64,000 nt of DNA from Oscillospiraceae bacterium (GTDB lineage Bacteria; Bacillota; Clostridia; Oscillospirales; CAG-272), in contig SVSB01000006.1 in the NCBI GenBank assembly GCA_015064505.1, positions 1,233-65,232 of the forward strand. Direction: 5' to 3'. The translations under genes and the position numbers were made by a program. Under the pieces are notes generated by a model that ran no database searches, was not told where the DNA came from, and saw only the letters and a program-made list of their open reading frames with translations. Positions 17,889 through 27,441 of the stretch are shown in pieces. Within the stretch, counting starts at the first letter, position 1. Each line of letters starts with the position of its first letter.

Positions 17889-19001
17889 TTAGTGGCAGAT
17901 GCACTTTTCGGTGTCTTTATCAAAGAAGTGCATTCTGGAAACCTCGATAGCAACCTTGATGCTATCGCCTGCTCTTGCCTGAGAACGAGGAGATACGCGA
18001 GCAACGAGATTCTGCTCCTCGGAAACGAGGTAGAGATAAATCTCTGCACCCATAAGCTCGGTAACTTCAACGTTGGTATCGATAACGGAATCAGGAAGCT
18101 GAGAGAGGTACATAGGCTCGTCGTGGATACACTCGGGACGGATACCGCCGATAAGCTCCTTGCCAACGTACTCCTGAAGCGCGGGCTCATCTGCCTTCTC
18201 CTTGGGAAGCTTGAGGGAGTTGTTGCCGAAGCAGAAGTAGAGATCCTCACCCTTCTTCTCAAGGGTACCGTTGATGAAGTTCATCTGAGGAGTACCGATG
18301 AATCCTGCAACGAAGAGGTTAACGGGAGAATCGTAAAGGTTCTGAGGAGTATCAACCTGCTGAATAAGACCGTCCTTCATAACAACGATACGGGTAGCCA
18401 TGGTCATAGCCTCTACCTGGTCGTGGGTAACGTAAATAAAGGTGGTCTGAACTCTCTGATGGATCTTGGTAAGCTCGGTTCTCATCGCTGCACGGAGCTT
18501 AGCATCCAGGTTGGAGAGAGGCTCGTCGAGAAGGAATACTTTGGGGTAACGTACGATAGCACGTCCGAGAGCAACACGCTGCTTCTGACCACCGGAAAGA
18601 GCCTTGGGCTTACGGTCGAGCAGGTGAGCGATATCAAGAACGCGGGCAGCCTCGTCAACTCTGCGCTTGATCTCCTCCTTGGAGGTCTTGCGGAGCTTAA
18701 GACCGAATGCCATATTCTCGAAAACAGTCATATGAGGATACAGAGCGTAGTTCTGGAACACCATTGCTATATCTCTGTCCTTAGGAGCAACGTCGTTTAC
18801 GAGCTTATCACCAATGAAAAGCTCGCCCTCCGTGATCTCCTCAAGACCGGCGATCATACGAAGAGTGGTGGACTTACCGCAACCGGAAGGGCCTACCAGA
18901 ATAAGGAACTCCTTATCCTTGATTTCCAGACAGAAATCGGAAACTGCAGTAACACCGCCGGGGTACTTCTTGTAAATATGCTTAAGGGACAAGCTTGCCA
19001 T
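17889..19001 (-). CDS. sugar-import ABC transporter ATP-binding protein (MsmK/MalK/UgpC type), orphan
   Basis: Start set at ATG 19001 (MASLSLKHIYKKY) behind AAGGAGGAA. Walker A is GPSGCGKST, the signature is LSGGQKQRVALGRA and Walker B is FLLDEPLSNLD. It has a MalK-like C-terminal regulatory domain. No permease or SBP is adjacent. Confidence 0.9.
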   Translation of the reverse strand: MASLSLKHIYKKYPGGVTAVSDFCLEIKDKEFLILVGPSGCGKSTTLRMIAGLEEITEGELFIGDKLVNDVAPKDRDIAMVFQNYALYPHMTVFENMAFGLKLRKTSKEEIKRRVDEAARVLDIAHLLDRKPKALSGGQKQRVALGRAIVRYPKVFLLDEPLSNLDAKLRAAMRTELTKIHQRVQTTFIYVTHDQVEAMTMATRIVVMKDGLIQQVDTPQNLYDSPVNLFVAGFIGTPQMNFINGTLEKKGEDLYFCFGNNSLKLPKEKADEPALQEYVGKELIGGIRPECIHDEPMYLSQLPDSVIDTNVEVTELMGAEIYLYLVSEEQNLVARVSPRSQARAGDSIKVAIEVSRMHFFDKDTEKCICH

Positions 19002-19221
19002 AGGGTTATTTCCTCCTTGAAACTTGGATAAAGGTTTAGTTAAAAGCCATACCAATACAATTTTTCTTCTAATATTGTAACAGAATATCTCAAAAATTTA
19101 AAGATGCTATTTTCCCGAAATTTCGTGCTTCGGTTTGTACACCTTGTACAAAGAACACCGATTACTGCTTAAAAACCAACGCTGTGTTCATAGTTTATTC
19201 ACAATTTCGTCATTTTTACCA

Positions 19222-19929
19222 TTAGTGATTGCGTAGCAAAGCAAGCTCGTGATCCGCAAGGTACCTCCACTCGCCGGGGGCAAGAGACGGATCAAGCTCG
19301 ATTTCCGCAAACTTCACTCGTTTAAGCCCGGTTATGCGGTTATCCATTGCTCCGAACATTCTCTTTATCTGGTGATATTTCCCTTCCCTGAGGGTTATAC
19401 GACCGCCGCAGCCTTCTTCATCGGCTACGATATCGGCGGGAAGACACTCATACCCGTCACCGAGCACGAGTCCCTCTGCCGCTTTTTCGATCTCTTCCTC
19501 GGTTATTCTGCGAGCGGACTCAAATCGATACACCTTGTCAACGTGCCGCTTTGGTGAAAGCAGACGGTGAGCAAGCTCGCCCTCGTTGGTTATAAGCATC
19601 AGTCCCGTAGTATCTCCGTCAAGTCTGCCGCAAGGAAAGAGCTCCATGCGCTGAAGCCTTTCGGGAAGAAGATCTATTACGGTTTTTTGTCCCCTTGCGT
19701 CCTCCGTGGCGGAGATAACCCCCTGAGGCTTATTCATCATTATCCAGATATACTTTTGATAAACGAGCTCCTCACCGCAGAACACCACCTTATCGGAATT
19801 CTCGTCTATTTTCATATCCGGGGAGCTTGCAACAGTACCGTTTACGGTAACGCCCTTGCGCCTTACGGCCTGTGCCGCCTCCTTACGGGAAGCAACGCCG
19901 CAGGCAACGATATATTTATCCAATCTCAT
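19222..19929 (-). CDS. rsuA: pseudouridine synthase, RsuA/RluB family (S4 domain plus catalytic GRLD motif)
   Basis: 235 aa. The N-terminus is MRLDKYIVACGVASRKEA (S4 domain). The catalytic motif is GRLDGDTTGLMLITNEG. Confidence 0.85.
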   Translation of the reverse strand: MRLDKYIVACGVASRKEAAQAVRRKGVTVNGTVASSPDMKIDENSDKVVFCGEELVYQKYIWIMMNKPQGVISATEDARGQKTVIDLLPERLQRMELFPCGRLDGDTTGLMLITNEGELAHRLLSPKRHVDKVYRFESARRITEEEIEKAAEGLVLGDGYECLPADIVADEEGCGGRITLREGKYHQIKRMFGAMDNRITGLKRVKFAEIELDPSLAPGEWRYLADHELALLRNH

Positions 19930-19938
19930 TTCACACCG

Positions 19939-20040
19939 TCAGCTTAACAGTATTATCAAAAGACATACGAGCGCGGTCACAAGCAAAAAAGCAAGTCCGC
20001 ACAAGAATGCCAACGCAAATGGACTTTCAGGCAATCGCAT
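19939..20040 (-). CDS. candidate 33-aa hydrophobic micro-protein
   Basis: MRLPESPFALAFLCGLAFLLVTALVCLLIILLS, with ATG at 20040 preceded by GGAG and a 5-nt spacer. It fills the gap between the lipid kinase and rsuA genes on the same strand. Confidence 0.3.
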   Translation of the reverse strand: MRLPESPFALAFLCGLAFLLVTALVCLLIILLS

Positions 20041-20093
20041 ACTAACTCCGTACATTACAAAATATAAAGGTAGTATTGGCGATTTCTCCGTTT

Positions 20094-21065
20094 TTATACG
20101 GTCGCAGGATCTGCAGTCATATCCGTAACCACCGTCGAAACGGGGGGATTTTCTATGGGCGCACATCCCTTTGGAACGATAAATTCAAAAGCATCGTGCG
20201 CGACCGATAGATCCAGCTTATCGTGGTACTCAATCTCTCCGTCAATGGCAACGGCGGTAACGGTTCCGAAATCGATGCAAGCCTCCTTGCAGATCCTATA
20301 ATCAAGAATGGGAGCGTTTTTCTCCGTTACGAAGGTGCCGTTCTTATAGCTTGAAACGAGCTTCGCAAAGTCAAGTCTTGACACCATATTGATGGCGTTC
20401 AGCTGCATTTTTCCATCGTTGAGGGCGCTATAGGGCGCGCTCTTGAAGCCGCCGCCGTAATAGGAGCCGTTTGCAACACAGACGAGAACGCTGTATTTGT
20501 CTATTACCTTATTCCCGCCTATGTACACCTTCGGCGAAACGCCGGGCATTTTTACGAGGCATTTGGCTATTCCCGCAATGTAAGCAAGCTTACCCGGCAC
20601 CTTGCGCTTAAGCTCGGAAGCGTACTTTGCCGCATAGCAGTCAAAGCCGGCGTTCAGCGCGTTAACACAGTATCTTTCTCCGTATTTGATAAGGTCGCAT
20701 TTCATTTCAGTTCCGTCAAGCTGTGCCGCAACGTCCCAAAAGTTATCTCTGTTCGTAAAGTTCCTGGAAAAATCGTTGCCCGTGCCCACGGGGATAACTC
20801 CGCAGCTTACTCCATCGATACCGACGGCTCCGTTAACGCCCTCGTTGAAGGTTCCGTCGCCGCCGCAAAGATAGAAGCGCTTGCCGCCGCCTATACCGCC
20901 TGCCGCCGTGCGCCTTACGTATTCCTCCGCATCCTTAGGGGCAACAGTGTGATAGATCTCGAAGTCAACTCCGCGCTCGGTGCAGACCTTTTTTATGCTT
21001 TCCTCAAGAGTGATCTGCTCTTTTCCCTTGCCTGCCGCGGGATTCAACACAAAATAATGCTTCAT
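20094..21065 (-). CDS. diacylglycerol/lipid kinase family protein (YegS/DagK-like)
   Basis: The N-terminus is MKHYFVLNPAAGKGK. It carries the GGDGT motif (CGGDGTFNEGVNG). Confidence 0.85.
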   Translation of the reverse strand: MKHYFVLNPAAGKGKEQITLEESIKKVCTERGVDFEIYHTVAPKDAEEYVRRTAAGGIGGGKRFYLCGGDGTFNEGVNGAVGIDGVSCGVIPVGTGNDFSRNFTNRDNFWDVAAQLDGTEMKCDLIKYGERYCVNALNAGFDCYAAKYASELKRKVPGKLAYIAGIAKCLVKMPGVSPKVYIGGNKVIDKYSVLVCVANGSYYGGGFKSAPYSALNDGKMQLNAINMVSRLDFAKLVSSYKNGTFVTEKNAPILDYRICKEACIDFGTVTAVAIDGEIEYHDKLDLSVAHDAFEFIVPKGCAPIENPPVSTVVTDMTADPATV

Positions 21066-21069
21066 GGCT

Positions 21070-22299
21070 TCACCTCTTTTTTATACTGTCCCAATACGCT
21101 TTGGCGGCGTTTTCCGTTTTGTTATCACCGGGGTGATAATACACCGCGTTCTTCACATCATCGGGCAGGTATTGCTGTTCTACGTAATTACGAGGAAAAT
21201 CGTGAGGGTACTTGTACCCTTCAAACAGAGGACTTTGCAGATGCTTTGGAACGGTTTGTCCCTTTCCCGAGTGAACGTCTGCCGCCGCAGAGGCATACGC
21301 AATATGCGCCGCGTTGGATTTTGGTGCAGTTGCAAGAAGCACCGCCGCGTGGCTCAGCGGCACGTTTGCCTCGGGGAGCCCCAGCTCCTTCGCGCTTTCA
21401 CAGCAAGCACGGGTCACCGCCGCCGCCATGGGATACGCAAGCCCGATATCCTCGCTTGCTATTACCTGCAGTCTGCGGCAAGCGGAGATAAGATCGCCTC
21501 CCTCGAGCAGCTTTGCAAGATAGAACACCGCCGCATCGGGATCCGAACCGCGGATAGATTTTTGCAACGCGGAAAGCAGATCGTAATGCACGTCGTCGGT
21601 GCTGTCGTAATTACCGAGAGAATTTGCGGAAAGCTCCTTTGCCGTTTCGGGCAAAAGCTCGTCGTCCGTCATAAAATAAGCATTTTCAAGCAGACCGATG
21701 GCGCGGCGCACGTCGCCGCCGCCCCGAAGAGCTATCTCACGGAGAGCCTCATCACTTGCGGTCTTTGAAAGCCGCCTGTCGCCGTTAAGAGTATCCCACG
21801 CTCTGCGCAAAACCACCGTTATATCTTCGGGAGATACGGGCTTGAATTCAAAAACGGAGGAACGGGAAAGCACAGCCTTATATACGTAATAATAGGGGTT
21901 ATCGGTGGTGGAAGCGATAAGCACCACTCTGCCGTCCTCTATGTATTCAAGAAGCACCTGCTGTTGCTTGCGGTTAAAGTACTGTATCTCGTCAAGATAG
22001 AGCAGAACGCCGGCAGAGCCGAACAGCCCCGTTGTATCGTTTATTACCTCCTTAACGTCCCCGAGGGATGCGGTGGTGGCGTTGAGTCTGCGAAGAGTGA
22101 GACCCGACATATCGGCAATAATATTTGCCGCCGTTGTCTTGCCCGTACCGGGAGGGCCGTAGAATATCATATTGCCGATCCTGCCGCCCTCAATAAGACG
22201 GCGCAAAGTACCGTTTTTGCCGAACAGATGCTGCTGTCCCACCATCATATCAAGAGAAGTGGGGCGCATTCTGTCCGCAAGAGGTCTGTTTTCTGCCAT
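21070..22299 (-). CDS. rarA: replication-associated recombination protein A (AAA+ ATPase)
   Basis: MRPTSLDMMVGQQHL and Walker A FYGPPGTGKTT. The C-terminal MgsA region has HYDLLSALQKSIRGSDPDAA. Confidence 0.9.
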   Translation of the reverse strand: MAENRPLADRMRPTSLDMMVGQQHLFGKNGTLRRLIEGGRIGNMIFYGPPGTGKTTAANIIADMSGLTLRRLNATTASLGDVKEVINDTTGLFGSAGVLLYLDEIQYFNRKQQQVLLEYIEDGRVVLIASTTDNPYYYVYKAVLSRSSVFEFKPVSPEDITVVLRRAWDTLNGDRRLSKTASDEALREIALRGGGDVRRAIGLLENAYFMTDDELLPETAKELSANSLGNYDSTDDVHYDLLSALQKSIRGSDPDAAVFYLAKLLEGGDLISACRRLQVIASEDIGLAYPMAAAVTRACCESAKELGLPEANVPLSHAAVLLATAPKSNAAHIAYASAAADVHSGKGQTVPKHLQSPLFEGYKYPHDFPRNYVEQQYLPDDVKNAVYYHPGDNKTENAAKAYWDSIKKR

Positions 22300-22307
22300 A
22301 TTCCCTC

Positions 22308-24458
22308 CTAATTAAGCTTTGCGTAATCGGTGTCAACGCTTGAAAGCACCGCCTTGCGCAAGAGGCTGTGTTCTTCCTTTTCAAGGGCGGGGTCAACGCT
22401 CTTCATAAGGCGGGCCTCCTCGTCAGCCTCCGTAAAGGTTTCCGTGTCCTGCCAGGATGCCGCAAGGCGAAGTCCCGTATCGCCGTGCTGGCGAAGCTTC
22501 TGTCCGACTCCCGCAAAGAAGTCACCCGGACCGCGCATCTCAAGATCCGTTTCCGCTATCTCGTAGCCGTCGCAGGTCTTCTTCATTATTGCAAGTCTTT
22601 TTTTGGCGTTCTCGCTCTCGCTGTCCGATACCAGAACGCAATATGATTTACGGGCACCGCGGCCAACGCGTCCTCTGAGCTGATGCAACTGGGAGAGACC
22701 GAAGCGCTCCGCGTTCTCAACTATCATAAGCGATGCGTTGGGTACGTTCACTCCCACCTCGATAACGGTGGTGGAAACGAGTATCTTTATCTCGCCCCTT
22801 GCAAAAGCAAGCATTACGGCGTCCTTTTCCGCGCTTTTCATCCTTCCGTGCAAAAAGGCAAGGGGAATATCGGAAAACACTCCGTTCTTAAGCTCTTCAG
22901 CATACTGCACTGCGGCCTTCAGCGGAGGTTGGCTTTCCTCGGCAAAAAGGATGCCCTCAAGCTCCTTGCCGCCCTCATCCTCAAGCTCCTCTTCCCTTTC
23001 CTCCACGGATGGGCAAACGATATAGACCTGACCGCCCTCCTCCACGTTCTTGCGGATGAAGGCGTTAAGCCTGTCGCGGTAGCTTTCGTTTACGGCGAAG
23101 GTATCCACCTTCTGCCTGCCGGGGGGCATCTCGTCAATTCTGCTGACGTCCAGATCCCCGTAAAGAGCAAGGGAAAGGGTACGCGGAATGGGCGTTGCGC
23201 TCATAACGAGTATATGAGGGCTTTCATCACCTCTGTCCGAGAGCGCCGCACGTTGGGAAACGCCGAAGCGATGCTGCTCGTCGGTTACGATAAGTCCGAG
23301 TCTTTCGCACTTTACCCCATCGGAAATAAGGGCGTGAGTACCTATTACCATATCTATTTTTTCTGCCGGATCGTCGCTTATGAGTCCACGCAGCACCTGC
23401 GCCTTTTCACGGGGCTTCATGGATCCGCAGAGCAGAGCCGTGCGATAGCCGAGCTTTTTCATCATGGGCTCCGTATCAGCAAAATGCTGACGGGCAAGGA
23501 TTTCCGTAGGTGCCATCAGCATACTGCGGTAACCGTTCTTTGCCGCAAGATACATTGCCGCCTGCGCGCACACGGTCTTTCCGCTTCCCACGTCGCCGAC
23601 CACGATGCGGTTCATGGGCGGCACGGTGCCGTTTTTTCCGAGATCGCGGCAGATAGCGTCTATAACGCGCTCCTGCGCCCCCGTAAGCTTAAAGGGCTGG
23701 CAGGAAAGAAACCTCTCGGTATCAAAATCGGAAAAACGTATTCCTCCGTCCCTCGGGCGGCTTCCCGAGCATACCGCAACAGCAAGAAGCCTGAAGAACA
23801 CCTCGTCGAACACGAGGCGCCTTGCGGCACGGCGAAGAGCGTCCTTATCCTTTGGACGGTGGATGTGATTTATTGCGTAAGCAAGGGTGCAAAGCTTCCT
23901 TCTTTCTCTTATCTCCGCAGGCAGCGGATCCGCAAGGGAAGGCAAAAGGGCGTCTATGGCTGTATGCACCGCTTTTTCAAGAGCTTTACGGGTAAGTCCC
24001 TCCGTCATTCTGTACACGGGTACGAGATCGGGCGGAGGTACCTCCCCTCCGAGGGGCTCGTACGCGGGACTTGAAAGCACGTAATTGCTTTTTGCTCTTT
24101 GGAGCTTTCCGTAAAAGCGGTACTCCTCCCCGACCTTAAAAAACGTGGCAAGATAAGGCTGATTGAAGAACACCACCTCCGTGCTCGACTTTTCATCGGC
24201 GGCACGGAACTTCGTCAGCGTCATACGGTTCTTAAGCCTTGCGTTACGGGGCTGAGTTGCCACCGTAAGCACGAAGGAATGAGCATAGCCGTCGCATTGC
24301 TCCATTGCTATCTCTCTCACGTCGCCCCTGTCCTGATAAGCGCGGGGAAAGAACCACAGCAAGTCAGACGCCGTGCGTATTCCCACACGGGCAAGAGCCT
24401 CTGCTCTGGTCTTACCTATTCCGTTTATATCCGTAACGGGGCTTGTAAGTGTAAGCAT
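22308..24458 (-). CDS. recG: ATP-dependent DNA helicase RecG
   Basis: 716 aa with a wedge domain followed by SF2 helicase motifs GDVGSGKT, DEQHRFGV and QLRGRVGRG. Confidence 0.9.
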   Translation of the reverse strand: MLTLTSPVTDINGIGKTRAEALARVGIRTASDLLWFFPRAYQDRGDVREIAMEQCDGYAHSFVLTVATQPRNARLKNRMTLTKFRAADEKSSTEVVFFNQPYLATFFKVGEEYRFYGKLQRAKSNYVLSSPAYEPLGGEVPPPDLVPVYRMTEGLTRKALEKAVHTAIDALLPSLADPLPAEIRERRKLCTLAYAINHIHRPKDKDALRRAARRLVFDEVFFRLLAVAVCSGSRPRDGGIRFSDFDTERFLSCQPFKLTGAQERVIDAICRDLGKNGTVPPMNRIVVGDVGSGKTVCAQAAMYLAAKNGYRSMLMAPTEILARQHFADTEPMMKKLGYRTALLCGSMKPREKAQVLRGLISDDPAEKIDMVIGTHALISDGVKCERLGLIVTDEQHRFGVSQRAALSDRGDESPHILVMSATPIPRTLSLALYGDLDVSRIDEMPPGRQKVDTFAVNESYRDRLNAFIRKNVEEGGQVYIVCPSVEEREEELEDEGGKELEGILFAEESQPPLKAAVQYAEELKNGVFSDIPLAFLHGRMKSAEKDAVMLAFARGEIKILVSTTVIEVGVNVPNASLMIVENAERFGLSQLHQLRGRVGRGARKSYCVLVSDSESENAKKRLAIMKKTCDGYEIAETDLEMRGPGDFFAGVGQKLRQHGDTGLRLAASWQDTETFTEADEEARLMKSVDPALEKEEHSLLRKAVLSSVDTDYAKLN

Positions 24459-24459
24459 A

Positions 24460-25650
24460 TTATTCCTCGGGAAGTCCGAAATTCAGCACGAGATAGGTGT
24501 TTGCATCGGTTAATCCATCCGTGCCGCAAAGCACGAGAAGCTTGTCTGCATTTTCTTCGATTGCAAGCTTATAGACGGATTCGCGATAATATCTGGGGTC
24601 AACGATCAACAGATCGTAATGAAGAGCAAGGAACTGCACCGCGCAGTTTGCGTAGCTGTCCTTTACGATAAGCAGCTTTTCCCTGCCCTCTCCGTTCTTT
24701 TCGGTAACACGCACGAGTCCGAAGTTACCTCCGAGAAAGGCGCTGTACTTATCCTTGGTGTCAAGAAACGCTCGGCTATAAAAGCCGTCAAAAACAACGG
24801 GAGAATTCGCTACTTCGGTAACGTATTCGCCGCCGTTCTTCAAATGGAAAAATTCAACGGTATCGGGAGTAACGAGCGGCGACATAACGGAGGAATGCGA
24901 GGTTCCGTAAAACTCCGTGCTTACGGTTTCTCTCTCAAACGCTTCAAGGGGCAAAGGCTCTTTTCCAAGCTCTCGCATTATCTCGCAGTAAGCAAGATAA
25001 GCGCCGTAGCTCGTCCAGTGGTGGTCTGTTTTATAATAAACATACTCACCCTTATCCACCGCATTTTTCAAAACGGGGGCAAGATCAAGGGCGGGTGCCG
25101 TTTCAAGTATTATATCGCGCACCTTTTCAAGTGGCTCTGCTGTATATGCGGATGGGTAAAATTTTTGCAGAACGTCGCAGGGACGGGGCACCAGAGCAAA
25201 AACGGTTTCCACGCCGTCCTTTTCAAGCGCGGTGCAAAGGGCGTTTATTGCCGCGGCGTTACCGTTAACGAACGCAGTGCTTGCGTTATCCTCGCGGGGG
25301 ATAAGATAGCCGCCCGCGCCGTAAATAACGCCGCCCGTTTCATATCTGACCAGCGCCGCGTCTGCAAGAGCACGGAGCTGAAGCATCCCGTCGCGGAGCG
25401 GGAACTGATGGCGGAAATAATCACCCGCCATATCAAACAGCTCACCCGAAAAGAGCTTATTTACCACGTTCCCCTCAAAAACGTCGGAAAGAGTGGTAAG
25501 CACGGTGTTCTCGTTATCGGAAAACTCCCTGTCGGGCAACGCAACGGTCAGTATTCCGCTAAGGAATATGAAAGCGCAGAATATAATAACTATCGCAAGA
25601 TCAAAGCCGCTTACCTTACGGGAGGCTTTTTTATTCATTTCTTTTTCCAT
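24460..25650 (-). CDS. DHHW family protein (membrane-anchored, SGNH-like; partner of MBOAT)
   Basis: It has an N-terminal TM anchor. The DHHW motif is present (YYKTDHHWTSYGAY). It lies directly downstream of an MBOAT gene. Confidence 0.8.
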   Translation of the reverse strand: MEKEMNKKASRKVSGFDLAIVIIFCAFIFLSGILTVALPDREFSDNENTVLTTLSDVFEGNVVNKLFSGELFDMAGDYFRHQFPLRDGMLQLRALADAALVRYETGGVIYGAGGYLIPREDNASTAFVNGNAAAINALCTALEKDGVETVFALVPRPCDVLQKFYPSAYTAEPLEKVRDIILETAPALDLAPVLKNAVDKGEYVYYKTDHHWTSYGAYLAYCEIMRELGKEPLPLEAFERETVSTEFYGTSHSSVMSPLVTPDTVEFFHLKNGGEYVTEVANSPVVFDGFYSRAFLDTKDKYSAFLGGNFGLVRVTEKNGEGREKLLIVKDSYANCAVQFLALHYDLLIVDPRYYRESVYKLAIEENADKLLVLCGTDGLTDANTYLVLNFGLPEE

Positions 25651-25660
25651 AAACGCCTCC

Positions 25661-27058
25661 TCAGAAATTAGTATAAAGGAACGGGCTGTAATCCGATGCG
25701 GTGATGAAAGCTAGGGACACGACTATACCCAACAGAATAAGCACGAGTTCAAGGCATCTTGCGGCTTTTCCGCCCCTGTCAAGAAGCTTTTTCCAAAGCG
25801 CGGCAGGATAGGGCGTTGCCGCTATGCACATTATCATGATCAGAACGCAATTACGGAGCGCCTCGTATCCGTCAAGAGGTGCAGGGGAGTTAAAGAGGGA
25901 TGCGGCGTATCCCGCAGGGCTTGCGATATTGGGCGATTCAAAGATAAACCAACCGAACAGGATAAGAATGAGGGAGTAAAGGTGCTGAAGTGCCGCGGGC
26001 GCCTTGGCGAGAGCCTTGCCCCATACGTACTTTTCAAGGAGCAGTACGGTACCGTAATAAACTCCCCACAAAATAAAGCACCAATTCGCGCCGTGCCACA
26101 TTCCCGTAAGGAACCAGACGGCAAAGATATTGAATACGTGGCGCAGGGGCTTGCAGCGGTTGCCGCCCAGAGGAATATATACGTAATCTCTGAACCAGGT
26201 GCTGAGCGACATGTGCCAGCGGCGCCAGAAATCCGTTATGCTCTTCGCCATGTAAGGATAATTGAAGTTTTCGCAGAATTCAAATCCGATCATTCTGCCA
26301 AGACCTATCGCCATATCGGAATAAGCGGAAAAATCAAAATAGATCTGGAAGGAAAACATTATGATACCGAGCCAGGCGGTAAGAGCACCGCGTTCCGCAT
26401 CTGGAATTGCAATTATGGACTTCCACACCTCGCCCGCGGTATCCGCAAGTATCGTCTTTTTTGCAAGTCCGCAAACAAAGCGTCTTACGCCGCTTGCAAA
26501 TTTACTTACGGAATGCTCGCGGCTTACGAGCTGATCCGCAACGTCCTTGTAGCGCACGATGGGGCCTGCAATAAGCTGCGGGAACAGAGCAACGTAAGTA
26601 CCGAAGAAGGAGAAGCGCTTGCTGTGCTCCGCATCTCCGCGATACACGTCAATAACGTAGCTCATCGCCTGGAAGGTGTAAAAGGATATTCCGATGGGCA
26701 AAGTAATATCAAGCTCAGCCAGGATATATCTGCCGAAAAGCAGGCTGATATTATCCGCAAAAAAGTTGTAATACTTAAAGAAACCAAGTATCCCCAGATT
26801 GAAAACGCAGGAGATAACGAGCCATAGCTTTGCTTTTTTCTTATCCGTTTCTCTGTATTTCCCGCAGAAATAACCGAATATCCAGTCGCCGATAAGGGTG
26901 ACCAGCATCAGAAAAACGAGCGTGGGCTCGCCCCATCCGTAAAAGACTATGCTTACCGCAAACAGCACGAAATTGCGCCACGCAGGGGGCACCAAAAAAT
27001 ACACCAATAGAGTTATGGGCAGAAAAAATTCCAAAAATTCAAGACTTGAAAATATCAT
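25661..27058 (-). CDS. MBOAT family O-acyltransferase (AlgI/DltB-like)
   Basis: 465-aa polytopic membrane protein with FWRRWHMSLSTWFRDYVYIPLGGNR, which includes the conserved His region. Confidence 0.9.
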   Translation of the reverse strand: MIFSSLEFLEFFLPITLLVYFLVPPAWRNFVLFAVSIVFYGWGEPTLVFLMLVTLIGDWIFGYFCGKYRETDKKKAKLWLVISCVFNLGILGFFKYYNFFADNISLLFGRYILAELDITLPIGISFYTFQAMSYVIDVYRGDAEHSKRFSFFGTYVALFPQLIAGPIVRYKDVADQLVSREHSVSKFASGVRRFVCGLAKKTILADTAGEVWKSIIAIPDAERGALTAWLGIIMFSFQIYFDFSAYSDMAIGLGRMIGFEFCENFNYPYMAKSITDFWRRWHMSLSTWFRDYVYIPLGGNRCKPLRHVFNIFAVWFLTGMWHGANWCFILWGVYYGTVLLLEKYVWGKALAKAPAALQHLYSLILILFGWFIFESPNIASPAGYAASLFNSPAPLDGYEALRNCVLIMIMCIAATPYPAALWKKLLDRGGKAARCLELVLILLGIVVSLAFITASDYSPFLYTNF

Positions 27059-27213
27059 TGCTTCTCCAAAGGAAAGACAAATTTTTACGTAATCTTATTT
27101 ATTATACACCAACAAACCAAATAAATAAAGAGGTAAATGAACTTTTTTCCTTATATTACATACGATACTCCTCCTTTCGCGAGGAAAACTAATAAAAAAC
27201 GAAAGGAACAAAC

Positions 27214-27441
27214 ATGACGGATCTTATTACCGCTTGCGAGCGCACGGGTGAAATAATTCGCAAGCTGAACTTTCCCGTTTACAGAATAGAACTTGCCGCC
27301 GCAGGGCAGATCACCGATCTTTCAAACAACAAGCAGACCTTCTCCTTTTCCTGCAAGAAAAAGATAGGTCTGCTGTGCATCATTGCCGTTATCGTTACCG
27401 TAATGGCTTGCTTCACCGTTAAGCGAATGAAAAAGCGCTGA
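27214..27441 (+). CDS. hypothetical small protein with a C-terminal TM helix
   Basis: 75 aa with a weak RBS (AAAGGAA). The tail is LLCIIAVIVTVMACFTV followed by KRMKKR. I recognised no family. Confidence 0.35.
   Translation: MTDLITACERTGEIIRKLNFPVYRIELAAAGQITDLSNNKQTFSFSCKKKIGLLCIIAVIVTVMACFTVKRMKKR

Noticed and set aside
17892-19031. 379-aa plus-strand ORF
   Set aside because: It mirrors the MsmK-type ATPase gene, has no recognisable motifs or RBS, and the sense strand has complete Walker A, signature and Walker B motifs.
19056-19090. TACAAT-N12-ATTGTA inverted repeat upstream of the orphan ATPase, similar in half-site to the dyad at 57409-57433
   Set aside because: The shared hexamer is itself a -10-like sequence in AT-rich promoter DNA. 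With only two occurrences and different spacing, a common operator cannot be supported.
22683-26827. Plus-strand ORFs of 463, 350 and 281 aa (22683-24074, 24619-25671, 25982-26827)
   Set aside because: They are antisense to recG, the DHHW gene and the MBOAT gene respectively. All three sense genes carry family-defining motifs, and the antisense translations are Arg/Gly/Lys-rich with no domain features.
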